Source of the DNA: an uncultured Gammaproteobacteria bacterium
GTDB taxonomy: Bacteria > Pseudomonadota > Gammaproteobacteria > Steroidobacterales > Steroidobacteraceae
Assembly: GCA_963782845.1 (NCBI GenBank)
Contig: CAWALM010000011.1
Location: 255 to 64,254 of the forward strand
DNA length: 64,000 nt
Direction: 5' to 3'
The translations under genes and the position numbers were made by a program. This document shows, piece after piece, positions 33,543-43,614 of the stretch. Every line of letters starts with the position of its first letter. Within the stretch, counting starts at the first letter, position 1. The notes under the pieces are model-generated. The model searched no databases. It worked only from the letters and a program-made list of their open reading frames with translations, and was not told the DNA's origin.

Positions 33543-35024
33543 TCATCCTCCGTCCAAGGGCAGATAAATCTGCGCATCTTCGCGCTGAATCAACAGCGCC
33601 ACGCTGCGACCCGCTCGCGCCACTTCGCGCTTGAGCTCCGCGACCGAATTCACGGCGGCGCCGTTGACGCCCAACACGACATCGCCCGCCTCGACCCCGG
33701 CGGCGAGCGCCGGTCCCGTGACGTCCTCGACCACCAAGCGGCCGCGCGTGTGCAATTGCCGCTGCTCGTCGGGATCGAGCGGACGCAGCGCGAGCCCCAA
33801 TTTGCCGCCGCCGTCTTCCGCACTGTTCTTCGCCGCAATCGCCGGCTCGTCCTCGAGCAGCACCGTGCGCACCTCGACATCGCTCTGCTTGCGATCGTGC
33901 CAGACGCCAAGATGCGCGGTCGTACCCGGCGGCAGCGCAGCAATCACTGACGGCAAATCGAGCGAGCGGTCGATCGGATGGCCGTTGACGCTCACGATCA
34001 CATCGCCGGGCTGCAGGCCCGCCTTCTCGCCCGGGCTCTTCGGCTCGACGGCGCTGATCAAGGCGCCGTGCGGCGAACCCAGGCCAAAGGTCTGCGCGAG
34101 CTGCTGGTTGACCTCCTGGACCGCAACGCCGATGCGGCTGCGAGCGACCTTGCCGTTCTTGAGAAGCTGGTCTTTGACGTTGAGCGCCAAATCGATCGGA
34201 ATCGAGAACGACATGCCCATATAGCCGCCCGAGCGGCTATAAATTTGTGCATTGATGCCGATCACCTGGCCGTCCATGTTGAACAGCGGTCCGCCGGAAT
34301 TGCCGGGATTGATCGCCGCGTCGGTCTGAATGAACGGCACATAGTTCTCGTCGGGCAATGCGCGCGCCGTCGCGCTGACGACTCCCGCCGTCACGCTGTT
34401 CTCGAAGCCGAACGGCGAGCCGATCGCGACGACCCACTGCCCGGGCCGCAGGTGCGTCGCATCGCCGAATCGAACCGCCGGCAGGCCGGTCGCAGCAATC
34501 TTGATCAGCGCGACATCGCTGCGCTTGTCGGCGCCGATGACCTTGGCGGTGAATTCGCGCCGATCGGTGAGCTTGACCGTGACGGTCGCGGCGTCGGACA
34601 CCACGTGAGCGTTGGTCAGAATATAGCCGTCGGAACTGATGATGAATCCCGAGCCGATCCCATGCGCCGGAGGCACATGCTCGGGACTCGGCATCTGATG
34701 ATGGAAGAACTGGGACAGCGGGTCACCGCCGGTATCGGAGCCCCGGTCGGGCTTTTCCACGACGCTGATATTGACAACCGACGCCCCGTTCTGAGCAACC
34801 AAGTCCGAGAAGTCCGGCAATCCCGTGACCCGGACCGGCGCCCCGCCGGCGCCCGTGGGACCCGCGCTGGATACGCCCGGGGCCGCCGCCGCCAGAGCCG
34901 CGCCGCTCATCGAGACTTCGGCACTGCGGGCCGGCTCGGCAAGCGCCGAGGAGCGCTGATGGACCACGACAACCACGAGAACGGCCGAGACGGCCGCCAG
35001 CGACCAAGTTCTGATACTACCCAT
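33543..35024 (-). CDS. DegP/DegQ/MucD-type periplasmic serine endoprotease with two PDZ domains
   Basis: 493 aa. Signal peptide, triad blocks TNAHVV, DVALIKI and GNSGGPLF, and two PDZ-length C-terminal segments. Confidence 0.88.
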   Translation of the reverse strand: MGSIRTWSLAAVSAVLVVVVVHQRSSALAEPARSAEVSMSGAALAAAAPGVSSAGPTGAGGAPVRVTGLPDFSDLVAQNGASVVNISVVEKPDRGSDTGGDPLSQFFHHQMPSPEHVPPAHGIGSGFIISSDGYILTNAHVVSDAATVTVKLTDRREFTAKVIGADKRSDVALIKIAATGLPAVRFGDATHLRPGQWVVAIGSPFGFENSVTAGVVSATARALPDENYVPFIQTDAAINPGNSGGPLFNMDGQVIGINAQIYSRSGGYMGMSFSIPIDLALNVKDQLLKNGKVARSRIGVAVQEVNQQLAQTFGLGSPHGALISAVEPKSPGEKAGLQPGDVIVSVNGHPIDRSLDLPSVIAALPPGTTAHLGVWHDRKQSDVEVRTVLLEDEPAIAAKNSAEDGGGKLGLALRPLDPDEQRQLHTRGRLVVEDVTGPALAAGVEAGDVVLGVNGAAVNSVAELKREVARAGRSVALLIQREDAQIYLPLDGG

Positions 35025-35168
35025 GTACGACCACCCTTTCAGTAAGAGCCCAACTCACCCAACAGACCGCCAAATAGAGGCTTTGGTTTCAATTTTCCAG
35101 AGCTTAAGCACATATATTTTGCGCGCCGGACCGTAAATTAGGCCTAAGTATTATGTGACGAGTCTACT

Positions 35169-36428
35169 ATGGCTGACGAAACGGGACCGGTACTGGTGGT
35201 GGTCGGGGACGACCTCAAGCGCCTGCAATGGCTCAACCACCATGTCACGAGCCATTGGCCCGTATCAAGGGTCACGACTTTCACCGCCAAGCAGTCCGCG
35301 TCCTTGGTCCGGTCGCTGCAGGACGCCGAACCCGACGCGGTGATCCTGCAAATCGACTTCATGGGCGAGGAAACCGCGAGCCATGGCATCTCGCAGATGC
35401 TCCACCTCATCAAGCTGCGCCCGGGCCTGCATTGCATCGTGCTCGCCGACCACGGCTCCGAACTCGCCGCCGTGCGCGCGCTGAAAAGCGGTGCCGCCGA
35501 TTACTTGCCGCTCGCGGGCCTCACTCGGGAGTCGCTGCTGGCCGCCGTCAGCGACGCGGTCGCCAAACGGCGCGAGGCAGCACAGGCGGCCCGCTCGTTC
35601 GACCCCGCCGAAGCCGACAGCGAAACAATCGAGGTGCCGGGCTACGCGATCATCAAGGAGATTGCGACCAGCAATTTCTCGTCCGTTTATCTTGCGCGCA
35701 GCGAACGGCTGCGGCGCAACATCGTGCTCAAGATCATGAAGCGCGGCAGCAGTCCGCGCGAGATGGAGGATGCCGAGCGTTTTCAGCGGGAATACGAGAT
35801 CATTTCGAGCGTTGCGCATCGATCGATCGCCGAGATCTACGACTTCGGCACGCTGCCGCAGCACCTCTATCTCGCGATGGAATACTTTCCCTGCGGCGAT
35901 CTGCGCGAGCGGCTGTGCAATCCGGTGAGCGTCGAGGAAGCCATTTATTATCTTCGCACGATCGCCGAGGCGCTGCGCGTTATCCATGTATTCGGCATAT
36001 TGCACCGCGATCTGAAGCCGGCCAACGTGATGCTGCGCGAAGACAATTCCCCGGTGCTCATCGATTTCGGCCTCGCGCGCCGCGCGCTCGGCGACAGCGC
36101 CGTCACCGGCGCCGGCCAGGTGCTGGGTTCGCCCTACTACATCAGCCCCGAGCAGGCGCAAGGACTACCCGTCGATGCACGCACCGATTTGTACAGCCTC
36201 GGCGTGATCTTCTACGAGATGCTGACCGGGCAGAAGCCCTATGCGGGGCGCAGCGCCGTCGCGATCATGGCGCAACACACGAATTCGCCGATTCCTACCC
36301 TGCCTCCCGACGTCGCCCAGCAGCAGCCGCTGCTCGATCGGCTCATGGCCAAGGAGACGCATGCGCGCTACGTCTCGGCCGACGAGCTGCTCGCCGACCT
36401 GACCGCGGAAGCGGAAACGCCTGCATAA
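35169..36428 (+). CDS. cytoplasmic Hanks-type Ser/Thr protein kinase with an N-terminal degenerate receiver (REC-like) domain
   Basis: 419 aa. REC-like residues 5-135 (VLVVVGDD ... PDAVILQIDFMG ... CIVLAD ... GAADYLPLA). Kinase blocks IVLKIM, HRDLKPANVML, DFGLA, SPYYISPEQ and DLYSLGVIFYEMLTG. No TM segment. Confidence 0.8.
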   Translation: MADETGPVLVVVGDDLKRLQWLNHHVTSHWPVSRVTTFTAKQSASLVRSLQDAEPDAVILQIDFMGEETASHGISQMLHLIKLRPGLHCIVLADHGSELAAVRALKSGAADYLPLAGLTRESLLAAVSDAVAKRREAAQAARSFDPAEADSETIEVPGYAIIKEIATSNFSSVYLARSERLRRNIVLKIMKRGSSPREMEDAERFQREYEIISSVAHRSIAEIYDFGTLPQHLYLAMEYFPCGDLRERLCNPVSVEEAIYYLRTIAEALRVIHVFGILHRDLKPANVMLREDNSPVLIDFGLARRALGDSAVTGAGQVLGSPYYISPEQAQGLPVDARTDLYSLGVIFYEMLTGQKPYAGRSAVAIMAQHTNSPIPTLPPDVAQQQPLLDRLMAKETHARYVSADELLADLTAEAETPA

Positions 36429-36516
36429 ACGCTGTGACGTGGATCACAGTGCTCGCGCGCTCGGGCTGTGACACCGATCATCCCGGCCGAGCTGCGGCTT
36501 TGGCACGCTATGGCTT

Positions 36517-38194
36517 ATGTTCATTTCCGCGAAACGACATGAGCGTGAGATCAAGGCAACGGTCAGCGCCGGCAACCTCTGGACCGAAGCACTGCTCAGC
36601 CATGTTTCGCAGGGAATATTTTTTCTCGACGTAAAGAATCGGCTGCTGCCGCCGATATCGCATTCGCTCTCCACGTATTTCGGGCGGCGCGACTTCAGCC
36701 AGCTGAGCTTCGAGAAGCTGCTGCGGCCGGTGGTCACCGAGGCTGCGCTCAACGAGGCTTGCGCACAGCTCGCGGAGTTGCGCGCCGCGACCGAGCGCGG
36801 CGATGCGCCGGTCGTACAAACCGCTGCAATCCGTCGACGTGCGCCTCGCACGCTCCGACGGCGGATTCGACGCGGCGCGCTATCAATTCGAATTCTTCAA
36901 GGTCGACCTGCCCGAGCAGCACGATGCCTGGATGGTCGTCGTCACGAATCTGACGGCAGCTGCCGCGCATTCGGCTGAGTCGGCGGCCGCCTCGGCCGCG
37001 GCAAACGGTACCGGCACCGCGAAGATGCCCACGGTCGAGGATCTGCGTCCGCAACTCGACGATCTGCACAACCAGCTGCGAATACAAACCGAGATTCTGC
37101 GCAGCGTCATGCAAACGGGCCGCATGCGCTTCGCCGCCTCGGTCCAGCGCAGCGGCGCGGCGATGAAGGCGATCAACGCGATTCTCAAGAAGCCGGCGCG
37201 TGACGAAGCAGCGTTTCGGCTCAAGCTCGAGGAAATTTCGAGCGAAGCGGCGCAGATCCGCCGCGAGGCAATGACGCTGCAGCTTGCGGGTCTCGAAACC
37301 GCGGCGCGACAGTTCGAGGAATCGCTGCAGGAGTTGCGCAATCGGGCCACGCTCAGCGGCAACGATTTTCTGCCGCTTGCGATCCAATTGGACCAGCTGT
37401 TCGGCCAATTCGCGCTGCTGCGTTCACTGACGCAAAGTGCCGCGCAAAATAAACTCAAATCCAAGCCCGATCTCGAGGCAACGCGGCCGTCGCCGGGCCG
37501 CGTGACCGAGAACGGCACGCAGATCATCGCGCCCAAATTTCCGATCGAGCCGCCCGAGCCGCCCGAGCACGAGGCCTCGCTGCCCGGAATGGGCAACAGC
37601 GCACCCGCCGGCACGCTCGAGAGCACGCTCGCCGCGCTGACCGAGCACATCGCGAACGAACAGAAAAAGGCGGTCGCGCTCGAATGCCGCGGCTTGCACA
37701 AGGTGCCGGCCGTCTATCAATCCGCGGTCAAAAATGTCGCGATCCAATTCATCCGCAACGCCGTCATGCACGGCGTCGAAGAGCCGCAGGAGCGCGAGGA
37801 GGCGGGAAAGCCTGCGATCGCGCTGTTGCTGCTCCAATTCGGTGCGCTGCCGGACGGCACCTATGAATTGCGCTTCCAAGACGACGGCCGCGGCATCGAC
37901 CCGGTCACTGCGCGGCGCGTCGCGGTCGATAAGCGCCTCATCACCAGCGAGGCGGCGGAGCGCTTGCGTGACCGGCAGGCGATCAAGCTGATCTTCCAGG
38001 ACGGTTTCACGACGCTGCCCTCGGTGCCGAATCAACCGCTGCATGGGGCCGGCCTCTCGCTGGTGCGCCGTTACGTTCACGATGCCGGCGGCAAAGTGGC
38101 GCTCGCGAGCGATCCGGGGCGCGAAACACGCTTCAAGGTAAGTCTGCCCGCGCTCGTGAAGAGCGCCGCGGGCGACGAAGCGCAAGTCGCCTGA
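36517..38194 (+). pseudogene. sensor-kinase-like protein with a PAS-like N-domain, a helical region and a CheA-type GHKL ATPase; one apparent frameshift near 36810-36822
   Basis: Frame 1 (ORF 36517..) reads LLSHVSQGIFFLDVKNRLL...ATERGDAPV. Frame 2 (ORF 36803..38194) continues with KPLQSVDVRLARSDGGFDAARYQFEFFKV...VVVTNLT. The C-terminal ATPase has an N box (IRNAVMHGVE), G1 (DDGRGID), F box (IFQDGFTT) and G2 (GAGLSLV). There is no CheW-like P5 domain. Confidence 0.6.
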
Positions 38195-38282
38195 GGCGAA
38201 GTCGCTGGCGGCGCTCGCATCCGGCGCGTGCGCACAGCGTCGATTGACGCTCGCCGCGTCGCTCATGCACACTCGGCCGACC

Positions 38283-38873
38283 ATGAAAAAACCCGTCGAT
38301 GCCGCAACTTTGGATCTGCTATTTCGCGAGGCCCGCTCCTACAACCGCTGGACCGCGGAACCGGTGTCCGACGAGACTCTGCGCGCGCTCTACGATTTGC
38401 TGAAGTTCGGCCCGACCGCGTTCAACATGACGCCCGCGAGATTCGTGTTCGTCAAGAGCGCGGCGGCCAAGGCCAAGCTGCTCGAATGCGTCTCTCCCGG
38501 CAACTTCGTCAAGGTGCAGCAAGCGCCGGTCGTCGTGCTTCTCGGCATGGACACGGCGTTTCCGGAAAAGCTGCCGACCTTGTTTCCCGCCTATCCGACC
38601 GCAAAGGATTTTTTCAAGGACCCGGCCGCGAGCGCCGTCCCGCTATTGCGCAACGCGAGCCTGCAAGGCGGCTACCTGATCATCGCGGCGCGCGCGCTCG
38701 GGCTCGATTGCGGGCCGATGTCGGGCTTCGACGGCGCCAAGCTCGACGCCGCCTTCTTTGCCGGCACCAGCGTGAAATCCAATTTCATTTGCGCGCTCGG
38801 CACCGGTACGACTGAACTGCTGTTTCCGCGCGGACCGCGCCTATCGTTCGACGAGGCCTGCACCATCGCCTAG
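38283..38873 (+). CDS. nitroreductase family protein, malonic semialdehyde reductase (RutE)-like
   Basis: 196 aa from ATG 38283 (MKKPVDAATLDLLFREARSYNRWT...). The N-terminus and length are RutE/YdjA-like. Confidence 0.7.
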   Translation: MKKPVDAATLDLLFREARSYNRWTAEPVSDETLRALYDLLKFGPTAFNMTPARFVFVKSAAAKAKLLECVSPGNFVKVQQAPVVVLLGMDTAFPEKLPTLFPAYPTAKDFFKDPAASAVPLLRNASLQGGYLIIAARALGLDCGPMSGFDGAKLDAAFFAGTSVKSNFICALGTGTTELLFPRGPRLSFDEACTIA

Positions 38874-38883
38874 ACGCGATCGG

Positions 38884-39294
38884 TCAGAGCAAGGTCTCGC
38901 GGACCGTGTCGGGATTCGCCGGGTCATGAAGGCTCGTGTTGAACGACACCAACACCATCGGAGCCGTGCCGGTGTTGCGAAACGCGTGCACGACGCCCGG
39001 AGGAATCGTGAAGCGCCAGGTCTCGCCCGGCGGCACCTCGATATCGCGAATCTCGCCCGATTCCTTGAGGCGCACGAGGCAAGGGCCGACGACCGCGGTC
39101 ATTTCGACCGCCGTGCGATGATAATGATTGCCGCGTACGCTGCCGGGCTCGCTCAACACCACGTGCACGTTCTTCTGCTGCGCGAGCTCGCGATCGTTGA
39201 GCGGCTCGAACAGGCTGCCGCGCGCGTCGCGATGCGCCGGCAGCGGCTCGACGAGGGCTCGAGGCGTCGGCGGTGCCTCCGAGAGATTATTCAA
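38884..39294 (-). CDS. cupin-fold protein, RmlC/WxcM-like (start uncertain)
   Basis: Contains DARGSLFEP ... RGNHYHR ... PPGVVHAFRN. A candidate TTG start at 39294 overlaps the protease stop. The ORF-track ATG at 39360 would overlap the protease gene by 74 nt. Confidence 0.5.
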   Translation of the reverse strand: MNNLSEAPPTPRALVEPLPAHRDARGSLFEPLNDRELAQQKNVHVVLSEPGSVRGNHYHRTAVEMTAVVGPCLVRLKESGEIRDIEVPPGETWRFTIPPGVVHAFRNTGTAPMVLVSFNTSLHDPANPDTVRETLL

Positions 39295-41899
39295 TGCGGC
39301 GGTCGCTGCGGCCCGCGGTTGCGGCGCGCCGCCTCGAGGCGGCGAGGAGTCCCCCGGCAATCAGCAGATCCGCCCACCCGAGCGCTCCGCCTCCGCCGCT
39401 GCTCGGGGCATTGACGGTCAGACTCGCCGAGGCGGCCACGGCGTTGCCGCCCGCCGGCCCCGTCGAGAGTGAGTTCGCCGCGAGCGAACTTGAATAGGTT
39501 CCCGGGTTCGCGCTCAGCACCGTCGCGGTGATCGTACAGCTGCCGCTCGCCGGGATGTTGGCGTTGCTGATCGAAACACTCGTGGTTGTCGAGGTCAGCG
39601 CCAGCCCCGCTCCCGTGCAGGTCGTCCCGGTCTCCGGGGCCGCAGGCGATCCCGAGGTCTTGATCGTCAGGCCGGACGGCAGCGTCGCGCTGAAGCTCGA
39701 CTGGGTCAGCGCGAAGCCGTTGGCATTCGTGAAGGTAATCGTGAGCGTCGAGTTCCCATTCGGCGTGACGCTCGCAGGCGCGAACGATGCGCTGATCGTC
39801 GGCGCCGCGATGTTCACGCCGATCGGCGTCGGGCAGGCCGATGCACTCGTGCCCGACGCCGAGGCCGGCGCCGAGCTCGTCGCGGAGCCGCCCGTCAAGG
39901 TGACGGTCTCGGTATCGGTGTTGCCCATGGAATCGGTGATCACGAGCATCAAGGAGCCATTGCCGCCGGTCACGGTGACTTTCGAGTCATTCGTAGCGCC
40001 GCTGATGAGGCCCGAGGGAACGCTCGACCACGCATACGACGCGATGCTGAGCGGCACGGCCGGCACCGCGCTCGCGTTGCAGCCCGGCAGACTCGCGCTC
40101 GCATCGAGCACGCTGCCGCCCGAGACCGTGGTCGGAATGGCGATCACGCCCATCGGCGCTTGCGCGGCCTTGACCGCGCTCAGCGCGTTGACCATGCCGG
40201 CGCCGCACTGTCCCGACCCGAGGCAGGAGCATTCGCCGCTCGCGGGATCATTGGCGGGGCAAACGGGGACGCCGCCGGTATTGGCCGGAAACGCCGCTGC
40301 GCTGCCCCGCAGGCGCGCAACCAGTTGCGCCGGTGTCAAATTCGCATTGGCTGAGCGCATCAACGCGGCGATCCCCGAGACGATCGGCGTCGCGAAGCTC
40401 GTGCCGAGGTTGGGATTCTGCTCATTCGTATAGCTGTTGGCGCCGGGACCCATGGCGCCCAAGTTGGTGGTCGTGTCGATCGAGCGCAAGCAATCGCCCG
40501 AGGTCTCGATGCAATTGCCGGCCGGCGCGCCAACCGTGACCTCAGGCCCGAAGCTGCTGTAGCCGACTTTGGTTCCGACATTGCGAAGACCTGCGACCGC
40601 AACGACACCGCTGACCGTCGCGCTGCAGTTCGCCGGGGTTTCGACCGGTGCGGTCGTCCCTGGCGTGCCGCCGTTGCCGGCGGCAATCACGACGAGCACA
40701 CCGAGGCTCGTGACCGCCGGCAAACCCGAGCTGGTGTTGCCGTAAGTGCTCGAGGCATCGCAAGCGCTGGTGGCGCCGCCGAGGCTGAGATTGATGATGT
40801 CCGCGGGATACGGATTGGTCGGGGCACCCGAGACCGGCAAGCCCGCGGCCCACAGAATGCCGCTCAAAATGTCGGAATCGTAGCCGCCGCCCTTGCCGAG
40901 TGCGCGCACCGGCAGGATCCACGGACCCCAAGTCATGCCGGCGACGCCGACACCATTGTTGGTGAGCGCCCCATAGACGCCGACGACGCGCGTGCCGTGC
41001 CAGGAACTCGATTCCACCTGGTCGCCGGTGAACAAGCCGTTGGGATTACTGACGTCGGTCGCCGTAATCCAATCGCCGGGATCCGACGGATCCGGGTCCC
41101 AACCATCGCCGTCGTTGGCGATATCGAAAGTGCCCAGGGCCTGATAGGGCGAATTGGGATTGTAGTCCTCGCCGACGAAATCATAGCCCGGCAGCAGGCG
41201 GCCGCCGAACCCCGAGCCCAAACTCGCCGCTCCCGCGCGCAGCAAATCCGGGTGATCGAATATCACGCCGGTGTCGACGTCGGCAATCACGACGCCGGTG
41301 CTCCCGGTCGTGATGGTCCACGCGGAAACCGCGTCGGTCGCCGCCAAATCTTGGGTTGTATTGCCGTTCTCCAGAGTCAGCACCGTCGCGCTGGGCGTTT
41401 GCAGGTACCACTGCCCGCTCGCGGGCGGGCTTGCAAGCGGCGTCGGCACGAACAGCGGATCGTTCGGCAGCATCGATCCGCCGGCGAGCGCGTAGCGCCG
41501 CGCATCGACATCGGCAAATTCGACTGCCGGATCGGCGCGCAGCCGTGCGAGCGTCGCAGCGACATCGGCGCCGTAGAGCGTTTTCGGCAGGAACAGCACA
41601 TGCATGCTCGGCGTGAGCTGGCGCGAGCGCGCCACCGCGATGCCGCTGCGGCGCGCGAGCGCTTGGACGTCGGCCGGCGTCGTTTGCGCCTGCACGATCC
41701 GAATGCCCTCGGCCTGCCGGCGCGTTCGCACCAGGTGTTCGACTTGATTGCCGGGCGTCGCACGGAAGCCGACGATGAATCGGTGGGACTCGGGGCCGAT
41801 GCTCATTGGCTCCTGGCGCACTGGATTCCATTCGGCGGCGCCCGCGAGCATCGAGGCGAAACACAGGACGAGCAATCCATAGCGACGGTAATGCAACAT
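39287..41899 (-). CDS. secreted subtilisin-family (S8) serine protease with an N-terminal propeptide, C-terminal beta-sandwich-like domains and a GlyGly-CTERM-like sorting tail
   Basis: 870 aa. Signal peptide, then triad blocks VIADVDTGV, WHGTRVVG and GTSFATPIVSG. The tail reads SSGGGGALGWADLLIAGGLLAASRRR. Confidence 0.85.
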   Translation of the reverse strand: MLHYRRYGLLVLCFASMLAGAAEWNPVRQEPMSIGPESHRFIVGFRATPGNQVEHLVRTRRQAEGIRIVQAQTTPADVQALARRSGIAVARSRQLTPSMHVLFLPKTLYGADVAATLARLRADPAVEFADVDARRYALAGGSMLPNDPLFVPTPLASPPASGQWYLQTPSATVLTLENGNTTQDLAATDAVSAWTITTGSTGVVIADVDTGVIFDHPDLLRAGAASLGSGFGGRLLPGYDFVGEDYNPNSPYQALGTFDIANDGDGWDPDPSDPGDWITATDVSNPNGLFTGDQVESSSWHGTRVVGVYGALTNNGVGVAGMTWGPWILPVRALGKGGGYDSDILSGILWAAGLPVSGAPTNPYPADIINLSLGGATSACDASSTYGNTSSGLPAVTSLGVLVVIAAGNGGTPGTTAPVETPANCSATVSGVVAVAGLRNVGTKVGYSSFGPEVTVGAPAGNCIETSGDCLRSIDTTTNLGAMGPGANSYTNEQNPNLGTSFATPIVSGIAALMRSANANLTPAQLVARLRGSAAAFPANTGGVPVCPANDPASGECSCLGSGQCGAGMVNALSAVKAAQAPMGVIAIPTTVSGGSVLDASASLPGCNASAVPAVPLSIASYAWSSVPSGLISGATNDSKVTVTGGNGSLMLVITDSMGNTDTETVTLTGGSATSSAPASASGTSASACPTPIGVNIAAPTISASFAPASVTPNGNSTLTITFTNANGFALTQSSFSATLPSGLTIKTSGSPAAPETGTTCTGAGLALTSTTTSVSISNANIPASGSCTITATVLSANPGTYSSSLAANSLSTGPAGGNAVAASASLTVNAPSSGGGGALGWADLLIAGGLLAASRRRAATAGRSDRRIE

Positions 41900-42165
41900 G
41901 GGTCTGTGGTCTCCAACGCGCTCGCGTTCTCAGGTGGCAGCGGCAGCCTTTAATCGGCAAACTTGGTAAATCATAGGCGACGCCGCATTGTGCGCCGATG
42001 CGTCGGTCGCGTGCGACAGGCGCCCGCACAATCTGTGACGAAATCTTGGGTTTTTCGCCGCTTGCCAACCCCACAACAGCCGCCGCGCGGCGCTGCGCCC
42101 GCGGCCGCCAACGAGTAGAATGCGCCCTCCGGGATTCTTCAGTGATCTATCGAGGGGCATTCGCG

Positions 42166-43599
42166 ATGACATACGACGATCGGCAGTTCTATATCGACGG
42201 CAAGTGGGTCGACCCGGTGGAACCTAAGACCTTCGAGGTCATCAACCCGGCGACCGAGAGCGTCGCGGGCCTGATCTCGATGGGCGGCCCGAAGGACGTC
42301 GACCTTGCGGTCGCGGCGGCGCGGCGCGCCTTCGACGCCTATTCGCGGTCGACACCCGCCGAGCGCCTCGCGCTCATGGAGCGGATCCTGGCGGCCTATA
42401 AAGCCCACTACGACGAGATCGCCGAGGCGATCTCGACCGAGATGGGCGCACCGATTTCGCTCGCCAAGGGCTCGCAAACGCGCATCGGCGTCGGCCATAT
42501 CAGCGCGATGATCGAGGTGCTCAAGAGCTTCAAATTCGAAGAGGTCCACGGCAGCACACGGCTCGTGCAGGAGCCGGTCGGGGTCTGCGCCCTGATCACG
42601 CCGTGGAATTGGCCGATGAACCAGGTGGCCGCCAAGGTCGTGCCGGCGCTCGCGGCCGGCTGCACGATGGTGCTCAAACCGTCCGAATACGCGCCCTTCA
42701 GCGCGATTATCTGGGCCAAAGTCATGCACGAAGCCGGGGTGCCGGCCGGCGTGTTCAATCTCGTCAACGGCGACGGCATCCACGTCGGCGCGCCGCTCTC
42801 GGCGCACCGAGATATCGACATGGTGTCGTTCACCGGATCGACGCGCGCCGGCACCGAAGTCGCGCGGGCCGCGGCCGCTTCCGTCAAGCGCGTGCATCAG
42901 GAGCTCGGCGGCAAGTCGCCGAACGTGCTGCTCGACGACGCGGATTTCGAGCTTGCGGTCAAGAAGAGCGTGATGCACGTGTTCCAGAATTCGGGCCAGT
43001 CCTGCAATGCGCCGACGCGCATGCTGGTGCCCGCCGCGAAGCTCGCCGAAGTCGAAGCAATCGCGAAACGGGTGGCCGACACCGTGGTCGTCGGCGATCC
43101 AAAATCCGAGAAGACCAACGTCGGCCCATTGGTTTCGAAGCTGCAGTTCGAGCGCGTCGAGGGCTACATCCAGAAAGGCATCGCGGAAGGCGCGCGCGTG
43201 CTCACGGGCGGCAGCGGGCGCCCCGCGGGCCTCGAGCGCGGCTACTACGTGAAGCCGACGATCTTCACCAACGTCAACAACCAAATGACGATTGCGCGCG
43301 AGGAGATCTTCGGTCCCGTGCTCTGCATCCTGCCTTATCAAACCGAGGAGCAGGCGATCGAGATCGCGAACGACACGCCGTATGGGCTGGCGGCCTATGT
43401 GTGGTCGAAGGACAACGTGCGTGCCCGGCGCGTCGGCAGCCGCATTCGCGCGGGCCAGGTCGCGTTGAACGGCGCTTCAGGCGACATGAGAACCCCGTTC
43501 GGCGGCTTCAAGATGTCGGGCAACGGCAGAGAATACGGCGAACACGGTTTGCGCGATTTTCTCGAGGTCAAGGCCGTCATCGGCGTGGATGCCGCGTAA
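42166..43599 (+). CDS. NAD(P)-dependent aldehyde dehydrogenase
   Basis: 477 aa from ATG 42166 (MTYDDRQFYIDGKWV). Contains ELGGKSP, the catalytic-Cys block GQSCNAPTR and EEIFGPV. Confidence 0.88.
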   Translation: MTYDDRQFYIDGKWVDPVEPKTFEVINPATESVAGLISMGGPKDVDLAVAAARRAFDAYSRSTPAERLALMERILAAYKAHYDEIAEAISTEMGAPISLAKGSQTRIGVGHISAMIEVLKSFKFEEVHGSTRLVQEPVGVCALITPWNWPMNQVAAKVVPALAAGCTMVLKPSEYAPFSAIIWAKVMHEAGVPAGVFNLVNGDGIHVGAPLSAHRDIDMVSFTGSTRAGTEVARAAAASVKRVHQELGGKSPNVLLDDADFELAVKKSVMHVFQNSGQSCNAPTRMLVPAAKLAEVEAIAKRVADTVVVGDPKSEKTNVGPLVSKLQFERVEGYIQKGIAEGARVLTGGSGRPAGLERGYYVKPTIFTNVNNQMTIAREEIFGPVLCILPYQTEEQAIEIANDTPYGLAAYVWSKDNVRARRVGSRIRAGQVALNGASGDMRTPFGGFKMSGNGREYGEHGLRDFLEVKAVIGVDAA

Positions 43600-43614
43600 G
43601 ATCCGCGGTCCGCG

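Noticed and set aside
35025-35168. Sigma-E/AlgU-type promoter in front of the DegP/MucD gene
   Set aside because: The AT-rich divergent intergenic region contains GAAACC-N18-TCTGT on the degP strand. The spacing and both hexamers deviate from GAACTT-N16/17-TCTGA, which is too weak to report as a feature.
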